From positions 162,068,001 to 162,132,000 of the forward strand of contig OZ024743.1 in the NCBI GenBank assembly GCA_964016885.1: a DNA stretch of 64,000 nucleotides, given 5' to 3'. Shown here piece after piece: positions 11,998 to 28,627 of the stretch. Numbering within the stretch: position 1 is the stretch's first letter; the number at the start of each line of letters is the position of its first letter. The notes beneath the pieces are model-generated. The model searched no databases and was not told where the DNA came from. It was given only the letters and a program-made list of their open reading frames with translations. The position numbers and the translations under genes are program-made. Source of the stretch: Eledone cirrhosa. Lineage: Eukaryota.

Positions 11998-13380
11998 TGA
12001 GAGTGTCAGATATGATGGACCCATAAATAAGGAGAGAACCAGAACTGAATACCTCAGAAGAGTAAAGAAAATATGGTCATCAGAACTGTCAGCATACAAC
12101 AAATACATTGCCCACAATACTTATGCTGTGCCAATTCTAACGCCAACATTTGGCCTACTGAACTGGTCATTGCAAGAACTAAGTGAGATGGATGTTAGAA
12201 CTCGAAAACTTCTCAGTGTTACTGGGAACTTTAACATCAATGGTGATGTGGATAGGCTATACTTCTCACGCAAGGAAGGTGGCCGGGGTTTAAAATCAAT
12301 ATTAACAACATATGAGACCCGGATAGTGACACTGAAGCAACACCTTCAACAGAGGAAAAAGGTTGGCAACCATCTTGCCCAGGTTTATGACCATGAAAAA
12401 AGAAATATCATTAGAATAGCGACTGATCTGGAGGAGAGATATGGAATAAAGCCTGATATAAATCTCTCACCCAGAGAAATCGGAAGATCCTATTCAATGT
12501 TCAAACAAGTTAAAAAAATTGACCAATTTACAGAAAAGGTTGTGCATGGATACTTGAGACGTAAAACACAGACCATAGAGGGAATAAACCACTCAAAAAG
12601 CCTGGCATGGAGTTCCGACGAGTTTATGACATCACACCTTGAGGGATATCTCTATGCAATACAGGAACAAGAACTCCCTACCAAATATCTGCTGCACGAA
12701 AGAGGAGGGTCAGCAGCTGACAATAAATGTAGGCTATGTAAACCAAAGATCGAGGATGTAAGCCACATTGTTGCCAGCTGCGAAAGAATGTCATCTCGCT
12801 ACTACCTCCCCATGAGACACGGTGGGATAGCTAGAACCATCTGGAACGCACTTCGGAAAACAAAATTAACAACAAACGAGGAAGAATATATTGAGACAGA
12901 TGGCACTAAGGAATACTGGTGGAACCTGAAAATAAAAACTGCCACCAAATTAAAGCACAACCGGCCTGATATTGTAGTTTGGGACCACACATTGAAAACG
13001 TGTTATGTTGTGGAGATCAGCTGCCCACTTGATGTAAACGTTGTCAGAAAAATACAGGAGAAGGAGGACATCTACGGACCATTGATGAGGAGTTTACAAA
13101 TCCAGTATCCAAGATACACCTTTAGCTTCATACCCATCATTATTGGTGCTACGGGTTATATACCAACCCGCTTGGACCAAAGTATGACTGAACTTGGATT
13201 TGTGGACAAAAAGCGCAGCTCCCTAATTCATAGTCTACAAATGGCTGCGATAGCTGGCACCTTCAAAATTTGCAAAACATTCTTGCGATTCAAGGGATGA
13301 CAATTTCTTTTCTTTTACAACCTTGCCACCAGGAAGGTGGCCGGTCAAAAAAATATACTCGAAATTAAGAGAAAGAGAAA
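11998..13380 (+). mobile_element. R4-like (REL endonuclease) LINE, 5'-truncated; open ~430-aa C-terminal ORF
   Basis: DVDRLYFSRKEGGRGL, CRLC..HIVASC zinc knuckle, NRPD..VEISCP..EKEDIY REL motif; flanked by (TACA)n. Confidence 0.88.
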
Positions 13381-13419
13381 ACATACATGCATACATACAT
13401 ACACACACACATACATACG

Positions 13420-14410
13420 AACCTCGAAGCGTAGGAGCCCATCTATCAAGCAAGTCCATCTGCATGAGACAGATAAGATCATGAGTGTTGGGAAGGAACT
13501 CCTTGAAAGATATTCTTTGCGTAATAATCAAAAACTCACACCCAGGGAAGTTAACCAACAATACAGCAGTGAATTCATGGATGAAAAACCGCATGCTTAT
13601 CAGCAAAAAATCATGCATGGATATGTTGCCAGGAAGTTCCAGAGTGAGAGTAATATAGATAAACAAAGTAGTCTATCTTGGACCAACAACCGCTATATTG
13701 GCTCCCACTTTGAAGGATGTGCTTTTGCAATCCAAGAACATGAAATCAACACAAAATACCTGATTCACAAAAGAGATAGGGATGCAGGCAAAACACCTAG
13801 ATTTGATAACAAGTGCAGACTCTACAGAATTAACATCGAAGATGTCACCCATGTCATCAGCAGCTGCCCAAAGATGTCATCGCGGTACTATCTACCTATG
13901 AGGCCTGATGTAGTGGCCAAAACACTGTACAATGAAATCCGTAGAAAAGATAGCTCCGATAATAAACACATTAAAAGCTACAACAATGTGGAAGACATAC
14001 ACATACATAATATGAAAGAGTACTGGTGGAATGTTCCAGTAAAAACCCCAATAAAATGCAGGAATAACAGACTAGATATTATGATATGGGACAGGGAGAA
14101 GAAAACATGCACAGTAGTGGAAGTTAGCTGCCAATCAGATGCCAATATAATATCAAAGATCAGCGAAAAGGAGAATATCTATGCAGAACTAATGAGAAAT
14201 CTGCAGATACTCCACCCTGACTATACCTTCACATTTATGCCTGTAATTATTGGGGCACTGGGATATGTTAGTTACTGCCTCAATACAAATCACGAGAAGC
14301 TAGGCTTCACAGAAACAGAAAAAAACGACTAGTTAGGCAATTACAAGTACAATCCATTCATGGAACAGTAAAAATATGTAAAACATTCCAACAATTCTGC
14401 ACCTAATAAC
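13420..14410 (+). mobile_element. Second R4-like LINE 3' fragment, diverged from the first
   Basis: AIQEHEINTKYL, CRLY..HVISSC, NRLD..VEVSC..EKENIY; flanked by TACA-type repeats. Confidence 0.85.
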
Positions 14411-14716
14411 TGCATATACACATGTACAGATACAAAGCATATGTACATGCACACATACCATTCAAAACATCCACATCCACACATACAATAACATCCATGC
14501 CTGCACACACATGCATGCATGCAGACATGCATACATATCTACCTAGTTGATGTTGTGTAAATTCCAATGAGAAAGTCTCGTATCTATGTTAGAAATCGAC
14601 TCTCTCTCTATTGGCAAAAAATTGTGAAATTATAAAACCAGAAGAATATACATACATGCATACATACATACATACATACATACATACATACATACATACA
14701 TACATACATACATACA

Positions 14717-14747
<31 letters not shown>

Positions 14748-15019
14748 CAAAATGGGGACCATTGTGGTCAGTCAGATACTTAGATGTGTATAGTTACTTA
14801 TATGAAGGCAACACATATATTGGAAACATTGAGTCACGAAATACGGTAAGATTACATACGAATATTTCTACATAAGTGTTTAAACATTACAAACACTAGC
14901 AGAAGAACCGCCTTGAGGGTGGTTTTGTGTTAGCATATGTAGTGTTCATATTGGTATTATACGCAAATATATATGCATATAGATATGATATATAAATTGA
15001 AAAGTAAATTGACAATATC

Positions 15020-15450
15020 TTCTTCGTTCACTCCTTCCAGCAAGTTTCTCAGAAGCAAATCTCTAACTGATCCAGCTGGATCCCAGAGCATTACCAGTCA
15101 AGCTCATGGATGTTATTCAACCATCTCGCTCAAGGTCAACTCCTGGGTCTCTTGCCGGTTGGTTTTGCCTGTAAAATCTATCCAGCGATTCTTTCCTGAG
15201 ACATTCTAACCACATGCTCATAATATCGGAGCTGTGATCTCTCAGAGAAGTAGCGGTTCTACCAGGAGTGACTCTCTGATCTCCGAGCTATGCACTTTAT
15301 CGACTAAAATTACTCCAAAGACCCTTCAGATGAACCCCATTTCGGCCGCTTTTATTGGCGATTGTATTCTTTCGGCCATTACCCAAGATTCATCACCCTC
15401 AGTAAGTGTTGGCAGGAATACCAGCTTTTGCAATTTTTGTATTTAATTCA
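15020..15450 (-). mobile_element. RTE-clade LINE 3' fragment
   Basis: Homologous to the 15600-16075 fragment (RT C-terminus, 3' end). Confidence 0.7.
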
Positions 15451-15609
15451 GCCTCCTGCCTTCCAGCACTCATGGACACTGCCCCGAGATAACTTCTCTC
15501 CCTGCTTCAGTGGAACTCCATTCACATGTATATAGATTTGAGTGACTTCTGTCCATCCGTCCGTCACACAATGTATGTATGTATGTGTGTTTGTGTGAAT
15601 GTATGTGTG

Positions 15610-18600
15610 TGTAAAAGGAAGGAGTGGGGGCAGAGTCCTCAAATACTCCTTCCAGCGGGTCTTGTCAGAAGCAACCATCTCCAACTGAACCGATTGGATC
15701 CCCAAGCGCAACCAGCCAAGATCATGGATGTTATCCAACCATATTGTTCGGGGTCTACCCTTAGGTCTCTTGCCGGTTGGTTTTGCAAGTAAAATCTGTC
15801 CAGCGATTTTTTTAGCTGAGAAATTCTAACTACATGTCTGTAATATTGGAGAAGTAACGGCTCTACATGGAGCGACTCTCTGATCTCCGAGCTAGGCACT
15901 TTATCGAGTAACGTTATTCCAAAGACCTTTCGGAGGAACCCGGTTTCGGTTGCTTGTATTCGCGATCGTATTCTTTCTGTCATTATCCAAGATTCATGAC
16001 TCTAGGTAAGGGTTGGCACGAATAGTGAATTGAAGATAGCGAATTTGGCTTTTACACCTACTTCCCTCCTTCCGATTACACTGGTCAACAATTTTTGAAA
16101 AGTTGTGTGCTTCTTAAATGAGATTATTTAATTCTTATGTATTTTCATGTCCTAAATCCAAATATCACCTTGATAAATGCTTAAATATACACATGTAATA
16201 TTTTATTATTTTATTATAACATACAATATGTGTCATTAAGTTCTAGTCCGTATCTAGTCCGTTTTAAGCCCTAGTCCGTATCTACTCTCTGCCTTTTTGC
16301 TTGACCCTTATAGTGGGCTGAAAAATCCTCTCTTGCCCATGTCCAGCAATAGTCTGCAAGCATTGTTGTGCTCCATTTGCCTTAGTACCGCTTTTCCATA
16401 GTTGAAATATCTTGGTGAAACCTTTCACCATGTTCGTCACTAACTGTCCCACACTTCGCTGGAAAAAGTCTAAATGTGAGTCCCAAAAGTGGATTTTAAG
16501 TGACATGTTACATCGCATATTCTTGTAAGCCTTGGTGAGGTTTTCCACAAATTCTTCATAGTTTCCTTCTCTTTTGTTTCCAAGAAATCCCTTCACCACT
16601 ATTTTGAATGCTTCCTAAGCAGCTTTCTCCTTCCCATGAAGGTCTGATTCAAAGTCACCATCTTTAAGAAGCTTTTGATTCTGAGAACTAATGAAGACTC
16701 CTTCTTTTATCTTAGCATCGCTCAGTGAGGGGAATTTTGAGGCTAAATACTGGAATCCCTGACTGGACTTGTCCATAACTTTTACAAAGTTTTTTATGAA
16801 CCTCTGTTTTATGGATAGAGGTGGTAACACAATATTGTTTGGTTCAGTAAGAGGTGGCTGTTGAACATTTTTCATCTCAGGCTCCAATAATTGATGAGGT
16901 GGCCAGTCTCACCTGATATAGTGGGACCCTCTTGCACGACTGTCCCATTCACACAGAAAGCAGCAGTACTTGGTGTATCCGTCCTGCAAGCCCATCACAA
17001 GAGCAACAACCTTTAAGTCACCACAGAGCTACCATTGATGTTCATCATATTTTATGCATTGCAAAATATGCTTTATATTCTTATAAGTTTCTTTCATGTG
17101 TGATGCATAGCCCACAGGAACTGGTAGTTCACTATTGCTATTATGCAGCAAGACAATTTGCAGACTAGTTTTTGATGAATCTATGAACAGCCTCCAGTGA
17201 CTGGGCTCATATTCAATATTAAGTGCTTCCATCAGACCATTGTTGTAGTCCAATAAATCATCTTCCATTATGAAGAAATTGCTGAACTGCTGCTGATAGT
17301 CATGAAATCTTCACATCAGCTGCTAGGAGATTGCACTGTTGAAGACGAGAGCCTAACAGCTCTGTCTTATTCTTAGGTAGTTGTGGATCACTGACAAGGT
17401 CATGGAGTTCCCCTTGTAATATGAGATGTGGTGTAGAGGAGCGTACTTCATCAAAATTTGGGTCACTCTGTAATCCAGCACTGTCACCCTTCTCTGCTTC
17501 CTCCTCATCACTTTCTTCATCTGACTCGATGGCCAAAAGTCGGTGCTTCAGAAACAGGTAATCCGTCTCCATGTAGAACTGATGGAATGTTTGGACATTC
17601 AATGAACTCCTTTTTGTTCTTTGACAAGCTGTTTTTACTGGAGGTACCATGCAGAAACAACAATTGTTGGTATGGTCTGTTGGCTCTTGCCACAACATTG
17701 GCACAGCAAAATGCATCCCTTTCCTCTTCCTGTTCAACCATTAGCGAAGGTTAATAGCACAAGTGTTGTAGCATATATGAGGGGCCCATTTCGTATCCTG
17801 GTCGCCAATCTTGCATCCAAAATATAGGTGATATGCCTTTCTAACCATAGTAGTTATACAGAGCTTCTGTGACGCAAAGGTCATCTCACCACAAACGTAC
17901 GTGTATGTTAAAAAGTAGAGCTAACAAACTATGATATTTATTATCAGCGACCTAAGATTAGTTAGAAATTGCTATTTTGGTCTCAGAAGCATTTTGGTTG
18001 TTGACCAGTGTTACCGAATGCTGTACCTGTTGCAATATTGCACCAATTCTTGCATTTAATTCAGCTCCTACCTTTCATCACGGCAAATTACAGTTAACTG
18101 ACTCTACACTCGCCTGTCGTGATACCACTTCCAAGCCGCCTGTGCATGCCAATCCTGTTCATAAAATAATGAACAGGAGAGGTGACGACAGTACGCACCT
18201 TTGGCGAAGTCCGAAACCAACATTGAATGGTTTCGATTTAGCACTATTTATCCGAACACAAATACTCGGGAAACCGTATAGAGAAACCAAGGCAACAAGA
18301 AGCTAACTATATTCCTGTATAACCTTCCACAGAAGGTCTCGTGGAACGTGGTCATGTGCCTTTTCGAGGACTACAAATCAATCATACATCTCTTGGCAGT
18401 ACTTCCACGATTTCTCAATGGAAGAGAACTACAAGAGCGTTCCTGGGAGCAGGTATGTTGGAGATCTTCTTATTACGAAGTTGACGGAAGGTCTGCCAGG
18501 ACACTGTATTTCCTGATCTGAAGTCGGATTCAAGCTTAACCCCAAAGTCCTCCCCTATCTCAACTTTGGACACCTTTACTGTCTCTGCTGCGATTCCTAG

Positions 18601-18960
18601 TGCTTGCTTGTACAGCAAGTGCATGAACGAGGACTTATTTCCAAGCCAAGCTTTGTAGGACTCCATCTTTGCTCGGATCCGGCCCAAAACTAAACCTCAT
18701 TCGCCCATTAAGGAAGAATCTGTAATCAAATTCCTTGTTTGGTGCATAAACGTGTATCACCCACAGGGACCTATCTTTCAGCTTTAAGCTTTAAAAGGCA
18801 AATCCCGCCTCCCAATGGGATCCAGTTCATAACATATTCTGACAGCCAGAGGCTTGTGAGTATCCCCACTCCCACCTGTGCAGTGATTTCTGGCGCCACA
18901 CCTGAATGGTGGAGTTTCCATTCTCCATCCAAATCTACAATACCAGAGTCACGCAAGGGG
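15610..18960 (-). mobile_element. Decayed RTE-clade LINE (APE remnant, RT remnant, C-terminus) split by a DNA transposon
   Basis: WKLHHSGV..GVGIL (APE region); MTERIRSRIQATETGFLRKVFGITLLDKV; frame ELNARIGAILQQVQHS|VIGRREVG runs on across the 16079-18010 insertion. Confidence 0.8.
16079..18010 (-). mobile_element. CMC/Chapaev3-type DNA transposon with decayed transposase
   Basis: TIRs cactggtcaacaa / ttgttgaccagtg; 3-bp TTA TSD at 16076-78 and 18011-13; motifs WRLFIDSSK..LHN, YCCFLCEWDS, MSLKIHFWDSHLDFF. Confidence 0.85.
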
Positions 18961-19281
18961 TAATCCGTCCTGTGGACTGTGCATTGAAGAAAGGATCAAT
19001 ATCTTTAGAAGGTTATGCAATAACGATTGTCTAGATTCAAGAAATGAGCATTTTTATGTTGTCCACACGTCTGGAAACACCTCTTAATTAATTACAAAGC
19101 TCCAGATTGAATAACTTTAACATTCTAATATTCTGATCAACTCGAATAATTCATTCCGGATATTCGCAGATATCTCCCTTACACCGTTCGACCGTCAGAT
19201 TAAATCGCCTTGGAGAAGTGACCTTTTCTGCGCATGCGTTTTCATACCGCTCTTTTTTCTTTTCCGTACAACTCCACTCAG

Positions 19282-19324
19282 ACCGCGCTGAAGATCCGCT
19301 TAAGGTGAAACATTTGTTCTCGGT
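19282..19324 (+). ncRNA. Minimal type I hammerhead ribozyme in a probable PLE terminus
   Basis: accgcg-CTGAAGA-tcc..ggt-GAAA-catttg-TT-ctcggt, followed by (TA)n. Confidence 0.7.
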
Positions 19325-19350
19325 ATGGTGAACTAACTGTTGTGGAACTA

Positions 19351-19610
<260 letters not shown>

Positions 19611-19726
19611 ATACGATACGATAAGCGACAAATTCGAAAATAACAGCGGAATCAATGTGATCGAGTTACCGATACAAGAATAAAAAAAAACATGGTGATG
19701 GTTATAGTAATCATCGATTCTGATTT

Positions 19727-19905
19727 AGGCACAAAGCCACCAATTTTCGTAGAAGAAAGTCGTTTGTTTCGACTCCAGTACTTAATTCATACTTATTTTA
19801 TCGACCCCGGAAAGATGAAAGATAAAGTTGACATCGACGGCATTCAAACAGTGGAACAAATACCACAAAGGATTTTGCTCAACGCTGTAATGATTCAGCC
19901 AATCC
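19727..19905 (-). mobile_element. tRNA-derived SINE, diverged copy
   Basis: Reverse complement of ttcatctttccggggtcgataaaataagta body. Confidence 0.7.
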
Positions 19906-20140
19906 ATAGCACTCATTGCGAAAGAAACACCAAATATCAGCCCGGGACATATCAAGGAATTGAAACAGCAGGAGTAATTTTTATAATCTTCTTCGTGGTT
20001 TTTCTGGGGTTTTTTTCTGTTCAACTTTTAGTTATCTGATGATCTCATAACTATTGCATAACATTTATCGTCGGAATATATATAACAGCGATCATGAACA
20101 AATGAAATAAATTCTAACATGTTGACTTGTACTTCATTAT

Positions 20141-20234
<94 letters not shown>

Positions 20235-20722
20235 AGTGTGTGTGTGTGTGTCTGCGTATATATATATATATATCACGATAAATTAACGGAGCCATAGGCC
20301 CTCGCAATTCCCTGTAAATAATGTGCTCAAAGGAGAAGAAATCCTGAGCTCTTTAAAATGCAATATGTTGAAAAGGTAACACATCAGAGAGAGATATACA
20401 GTACGCTATCTCTCTCCCACGTGTAGCTGGACAGTCACTTTTAAAATTCTCTTAGTGTTGTCTGAAATGTATAGCCTTACACACGCTGATGAACCGAGGT
20501 TATTCCATTTCTGTCAACAAATTACTGGCGAAACATCTCTTTGGATTTGTACGTGTGTTATATAGTTATAGAGGTATTTATTTACGCTTTAATTTATATT
20601 TTTAAATATCGTGTCTATAGTCTGCCTTTCATAGGTTATAGATTCCATACACTGGTGTTTTTTTCCTTGTTTTATTGATAGCGCACTGTATATCTCTCTC
20701 TGGTGTGTTACCTTTTCAACAT

Positions 20723-20777
<55 letters not shown>

Positions 20778-20852
20778 ATACTTTGGGAGGGTCATATTTC
20801 AACACACGTCACGTTTTCAGTTAAAGAATCTTGCTAAACAAATTCAGAAACG

Positions 20853-20901
<49 letters not shown>

Positions 20902-21339
20902 TATACACAAAGAGGGAGAGATTGTGTATGTGTGTAGGTATGAGTCTGTGTACGCGCGCGCGCGAGAGAGAGAGAGACGGATAGGGAATGCGATGTTTAC
21001 ATGTTATGAAAAGAATTTTTTAAATAGCCAGTGTGCATAATTACCATCTAATTCCTGCTGTTAAATAGTGAAATTCCTGCTGCCAAATAGTGATGCAAAT
21101 TATATAAAGAATTAGATAGGATTGGTGTAAGTAACCCCCAGCCTTGCATCTTGATATTTTCTACTTAGCTAATCGTAAAAGATGTTTTCAAGTATGAACG
21201 ATTCCACACCTCAAACATTTTATTAACCAAGATTATTTTATCTTGGCGAAAATAACTCTGATTATGCAAAAAACATATTCTGTGAAGTATTTGATGCCGA
21301 ATAATTTACTGGTTATCAATATTTAAAAATACAGGAGGG

Positions 21340-21490
21340 TAATGGATTGGCGGAATCAGTATAGCGTCAGATTATACGTATTTAATTATGACTCTTTCCG
21401 TTTATAGTTAGAATCCCAGCAAGGTAAACGTTGCCTTTCATCCTTCAGTGCTCGATGAAATAAAGTACCATTTAAGTACTGAGGATAATT
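21340..21490 (+). mobile_element. tRNA-derived SINE, diverged copy
   Basis: gattggcggaatc head; ttgcctttcatcc..cgatgaaataaagtacca body. Confidence 0.65.
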
Positions 21491-21679
21491 TTATGTTCGA
21501 AATCGATATTGGTAAGGAAATAAAACATGCTTATTGACGACACACATACTGATTCCCAGTTTTAGACCAGTAGTTGAAAATCAACTATCGATTCTATTTT
21601 TTAAAAATTGTTTTGGAGATAATTGTACGCTGCATAGCTGTAATTTACATTGTTTTTGTGATGAATAATGTGGTTTCAT

Positions 21680-24590
21680 GATTAAACTTCCTGGTTACAT
21701 GCCAGATCCTTCCTTTCCGAGTGAAACTTGAAAAAGTCGATGAGGGATTCGCCGAAGAGTATAATGTCTGTCATCAGTTCTTTCAACAAGGTCCACCACA
21801 CAATCTCTTTCGCAACTACCACCAGACAGAGGAAAATTGCCTGCTCTTCCTGGCCAAAAAGAAGACGTTTTACACGCGACAACAGCTGTTCGACATAACT
21901 CCACAAGTCAGTAATGCACGAGTGCGTGCAGAACGGTTTCATCACTCTGCAGGTCCGTCTGTCAGCACTTCCGTGCCTGTAGAGTTTATCTCGAACCGGC
22001 AATGCCTCCCGGTAGCACTGCCAAGCGAGGGAAGTTATCCATCGTCTCCGGCTCGAAATTCCTCCAGAATAGACTGGTCAGTTCGATTTCGTCGACGCCC
22101 AGAGCTTCTCCGAGTGCATCGTCGCACTTGGCCATCAATAATCCTCTATAGAACTCGAGAGTGGAAGTTACGTTGCCCGCCTGGTAGAGGGCAGTGAGCG
22201 CTTGGCAACATTCCAGATACCAAGCGCCCAGTCTCGGTTTCTGTTTGACCTAGGACTGCAGCTCAATCACAGAGATGAGCTATGGAAAGGCCTGTTTCAC
22301 AAACGGCAACCACATCTGTCATCGTTTAGGCAAAACATCTGGAGATACCGCAGTCTCAGTGCATGTTTGCGCATCATTAGTCACGGCGGCATTCCCAGTC
22401 CTCCCCGTAGAGGGTGCTGGCAGCAGATGGACTGTCTCAACAACGGAATTTGTCCCCTCCACAAAAAGTTGAAGAGGACCCGTTTCAATTCGGCAAGGCG
22501 CGGACGGGATCAAGGCACGACGGTCAGGTGATAGTAGATGACGGATGCGATGTACGCGTTCACCAACTCCGCCTGACATTTCAGAGACAGCTTCTCTTAG
22601 CCCATTTCTGGGTAATAGTGGCTACCCTGCTCGTAACCTCGTCCCAATTCTTATCCCCCTGGAGGTCTGATCTGAACCAAACCCTGAGCAACTTTACCGG
22701 TCCGTCCGTCCAGCGCCCCACTTGCCTTTCCAGGTGACAAACTGCAAGCCCACCGACTTTTCCGAGTTTGGTTTTGCCCCCGTCAACCTTTCATATTCCT
22801 TACCTCGATTTTCGAGGTGTCCGACATCATCAGGGTGATGTCGTCCGCATATGCCTACACAGCTTTTCCGTGTCCCGGTTCGAGCGGGATGCCCTGAAAC
22901 AGCTCCAGCTTCCGCAGTAAAGGCCTGAAGTTTTCTAACGTATCCCTCTTGTTCTCGTCTTTCTTCATCAGCATCACTACGCTTCAAGTCACAGATCTGG
23001 GATTACTGCCGTTCTGCTGCGAGTTGCAGTAGAGCACTTCGAGGAAATCGGAGAACTAGTCTGGCATATCTACGCAAAGCTCGTAAGGTAGACCATCCAA
23101 ACCGGGTGATTTGGGTCGTTGAGCAGGTGACCCTGCTTCCAAGACGATCCTCGGCCACGAACATTTATACATCCTACTCTTAAGATTGCCATATTGGCAG
23201 GCTAAGGGAGAGAGAGAGAGTGGGAAAGGTTTACTAACCTCCCGGGGGCTTGTGGAGGTCGGGTTGTTTGACCTACATGGTTGGTGGGTCTTTCTTTGGG
23301 AACCCTTTCAACAATCTTGAAGTGGGTTTCATATTCGGGGGTCCCCACGTCCCAAGGAAAGCTCTCTCTAATCCCTTTGTAGGAGTTGAGCGACATTCGT
23401 ACCAGCACTAAATTTCTGGCACGCGAAATGTGCTCTCTCCCTCTTTTTCTATTTCATACCTTCGTGTTATCAGGGCCATCGAATTCTTGTTGGACCTTCT
23501 TACTAGCACCAAGTTGTGTGTCTTGTTTTGTTCTTGTGTTTGTTGCGGTTGTTTGCGTTTGGGGGGTTGTGATGGTGGTGGTCGTCATTTTAGTGTTGGT
23601 GTTCTTGTGGAAGTGTTTGTTGTGTGTGTGGTGTCTGCATTTTCTATTGTGGGTATGTGTGTAATGTGTGGAGTTTCTTTTGTGCCTTCTTTTTTGCTTT
23701 TTGGCTTTAGGTTTTGCCTCGTCTTTTACTACTGGAAGATGAGTTGTCTGTGTCTATGTGTGTGTTTGTGTTTGTGTCAATGTGTATATTTTGGGGGGAG
23801 GGGAATGGAAGAGTTTTCCCCCTGGGTGGCCAAAGTTGGTGGTGACATTTTTGCTGGTGTTGCTGGCGGTGGTGTTGCCGGTGCTGGTTTTGGTGGTGGT
23901 CCCCACCCCAGCGTCGGCAGCAGTTGAGGCTTACGACCCCTTGCATTTTTCAGTTGAGGGTAGAAGGCTCACAAATGCGCTGTTTCGCCGCAGACGAAAC
24001 AGTGCGGCCTTTTGCCCTCGATCATTACGTGCAGAACCGTCCCGTTTTGGAGACGGATATGGTTCGGGATTTTGCTCAGGTCTTCATGCCTGATCTGGAG
24101 AAGTATCCCTAGATCAACCCCGGACCAGTTCTCTCTGGTTGTTCTCGTCACCTAGATCGGGACGGCATATTTCTCCTCCACAATCACGCAACCCAGGAGC
24201 CACCACATGTCTAGTCATGGGGGATTCCCGGGAATACGGACCGTTACTGTTCTTTTTCCAATGTGGGAGGGGTACATAATGACCTTGCTGGTTTTGTAAG
24301 GGGTCACTGCGTATTTTACGGTGAAGGCTTCAGACTTAAACAACACCGAGATGGTGCCATATTGTTTGCCCATCGCTAGGTACTCGGTGTCATCTCTGAT
24401 GCACCTCAGCGCAGCTTCAATTTCGGCCGGTGGAATGATTGCCGATTTTTTCTTCTGCACTGAAATCCATCTAAAGTGCACCGTTCCCCTCCCCACCGCT
24501 TCTATGACTTCAACCGGGACAACTTTGAAATACGTATGGACACTTGGGAAAAAAATGCTTTCCGTCGCCATCAAGGAAGAAAATGGATAA
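21680..24590 (-). mobile_element. Second Tx1/L1 LINE, diverged and internally deleted
   Basis: ORF1 pieces (IEGKRPHCFVCGETAHL); ORF2 start near 23192; KSPGLDGLPYE, YADD and LPVRDKLYRHG remnants. Confidence 0.85.
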
Positions 24591-25751
24591 AGCGAGCAGC
24601 GGGAAAACTCATAATTTGTGATTTTTATGCCTAACCTGATTAGTCACCAAAGGATCCATAAGGCTATACAAAAAGTTGACTACAGCAAATTCATACAGTT
24701 CATGTGGGGAGTTTTACAAATTTATTGGTGGATTAAAAAGACAGTGTTATACATCAAAATACACTTTTGTATACTGATGTGCACATATGCTGCTTTTTTT
24801 TTGTAATGTCTGTCATATGGCATATAGGAGATTCACGAGCTTAAAGAGCCACTGTCAAAAATAAGATTCTCTCCAATCACTCTACTGAGCCAACAAAATT
24901 ATTTATATATTTATTGAAGATTTTGTGTTTTCAATCAATTTACAAGATGAAAGTCCACCGAAATAATGTTTGGTACAGCATAAGTAAATTACCTTGTTAT
25001 TAAAAACTGAACGAGGAAATCTCATTAGAAGTTAGTTGTACAGAAAATATTGATGATATAATCATTACTGGAATGTCATTGCAGCTTTAAATAAGAGGTC
25101 ATTACATCCATAACTACCAACTTGCTTCTCGAATGGAGATTTTTAGTGATGATGGCATATCCAAATATAGATGTGACTTGTTTCAATATACGCAATGTAA
25201 AACTTTGTAATCTTCAGGAAAAAGGATTCGTTATCATTCACGTACAGATATACACACATGTACATCACCCTCTCTCTCCCTCTCTCTCTCTCTATCATAT
25301 ATATTCATAAACTTTCAGATACAGTAGCACACAGATACACATAGATTCTGAAGAAGCTCACTGAATATCACTGTTTTATTACACACATTTACAGTCATTT
25401 ACATACGCATACACACATCGACACATCATGTAAAAAGATATACACTTAATGTATATGTTTATATATCATGGTCTGTCAAGATGTATGTATATATGCTTAC
25501 ACATGGTAAATGAATTATTGGTTTAATACCATAGATTTCATGTTGTTCCATATAGTTGAGTCCTAATGAGATGAAAGATAGCCGCAGGGTACATTCATTG
25601 TTACTGCAAGCCTTCGTACGATGTCTTAACGTTTCATGAATAAAAAAATAACAGAACACAAAACCATATATGCTCATTAGATATTTATGTCGTTATTACT
25701 CACAGCTATCAATAATGACCAATATTATCTCCTTTTACTCTCTCTCTCTTC

Positions 25752-25852
<101 letters not shown>

Positions 25853-25910
25853 ATATATATTTATCTTTATCGAGCCCTCTTTGGATTTTAGTCTTCAAAT
25901 TTATTATTAT

Positions 25911-25976
<66 letters not shown>

Positions 25977-26039
25977 GCACATATACACACACATACACAC
26001 ACACACACATATATATATATACACACATACACATATACC

Positions 26040-26152
<113 letters not shown>

Positions 26153-26161
26153 ATATATATA

Positions 26162-27800
<1,639 letters not shown>

Positions 27801-28120
27801 AAATACAAACACACACAGACACCCGGATGCAACAAATGCGCGAACCAAGCACACAACACACACAAAAACAAGATGGCGCAGGACAGAACAACGGAGAGGT
27901 ACAAAAAAAGAAAAGAATCCCAGTCACCGAAGAGGCCACAGAATGTGCGACGAAAGAACCCCGACAACACACGAACAAGCGCCCGGCCGTGGAACCAACC
28001 AACAAAGCGGAAATTTATAAATTTCCAAATCCATAAATTTAATATATAACAAACTGAATCGAAAGCAACCGGTGTGTGTGCCCCCCATTGGCAACATGAC
28101 CCTCCCAAAGCACAACAATA
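27801..28120 (+). repeat. PLE pLTR copy B, inverted arm, T>C hypermutated
   Basis: For example aactttgacaatatatgaa becomes aaccccgacaacacacgaa relative to 54787-54805. Confidence 0.85.
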
Positions 28121-28193
28121 TATATATATATATATACATATATACATATATACATATATACATATATACATATACATATATATATACATATAC

Positions 28194-28227
<34 letters not shown>

Positions 28228-28252
28228 ACATAATATACATATACACATATAC

Positions 28253-28303
<51 letters not shown>

Positions 28304-28396
28304 CATATATATATACATATATATATACATATACATATATATATATATATACATATATATATACATATACATATATATATACATATATATATATAC

Positions 28397-28447
<51 letters not shown>

Positions 28448-28576
28448 TATATACATATATATATACACATATATATATACATATATACACATATATATAT
28501 ATATACATATACACACACAAATATATATATATACACATATATATATACATATATATACACATACATATATACACAC

Positions 28577-28627
<51 letters not shown>

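Noticed and set aside
20360-20730. Hammerhead candidates (CTGATGA at ~20487; TTGAAAA in a short inverted repeat)
   Set aside because: Stems I and III could not be paired convincingly.
21120-21330. Exon-like minus-strand segment; similar case at 24630-24900
   Set aside because: In-frame stops or frameshifts and no recognisable homology.
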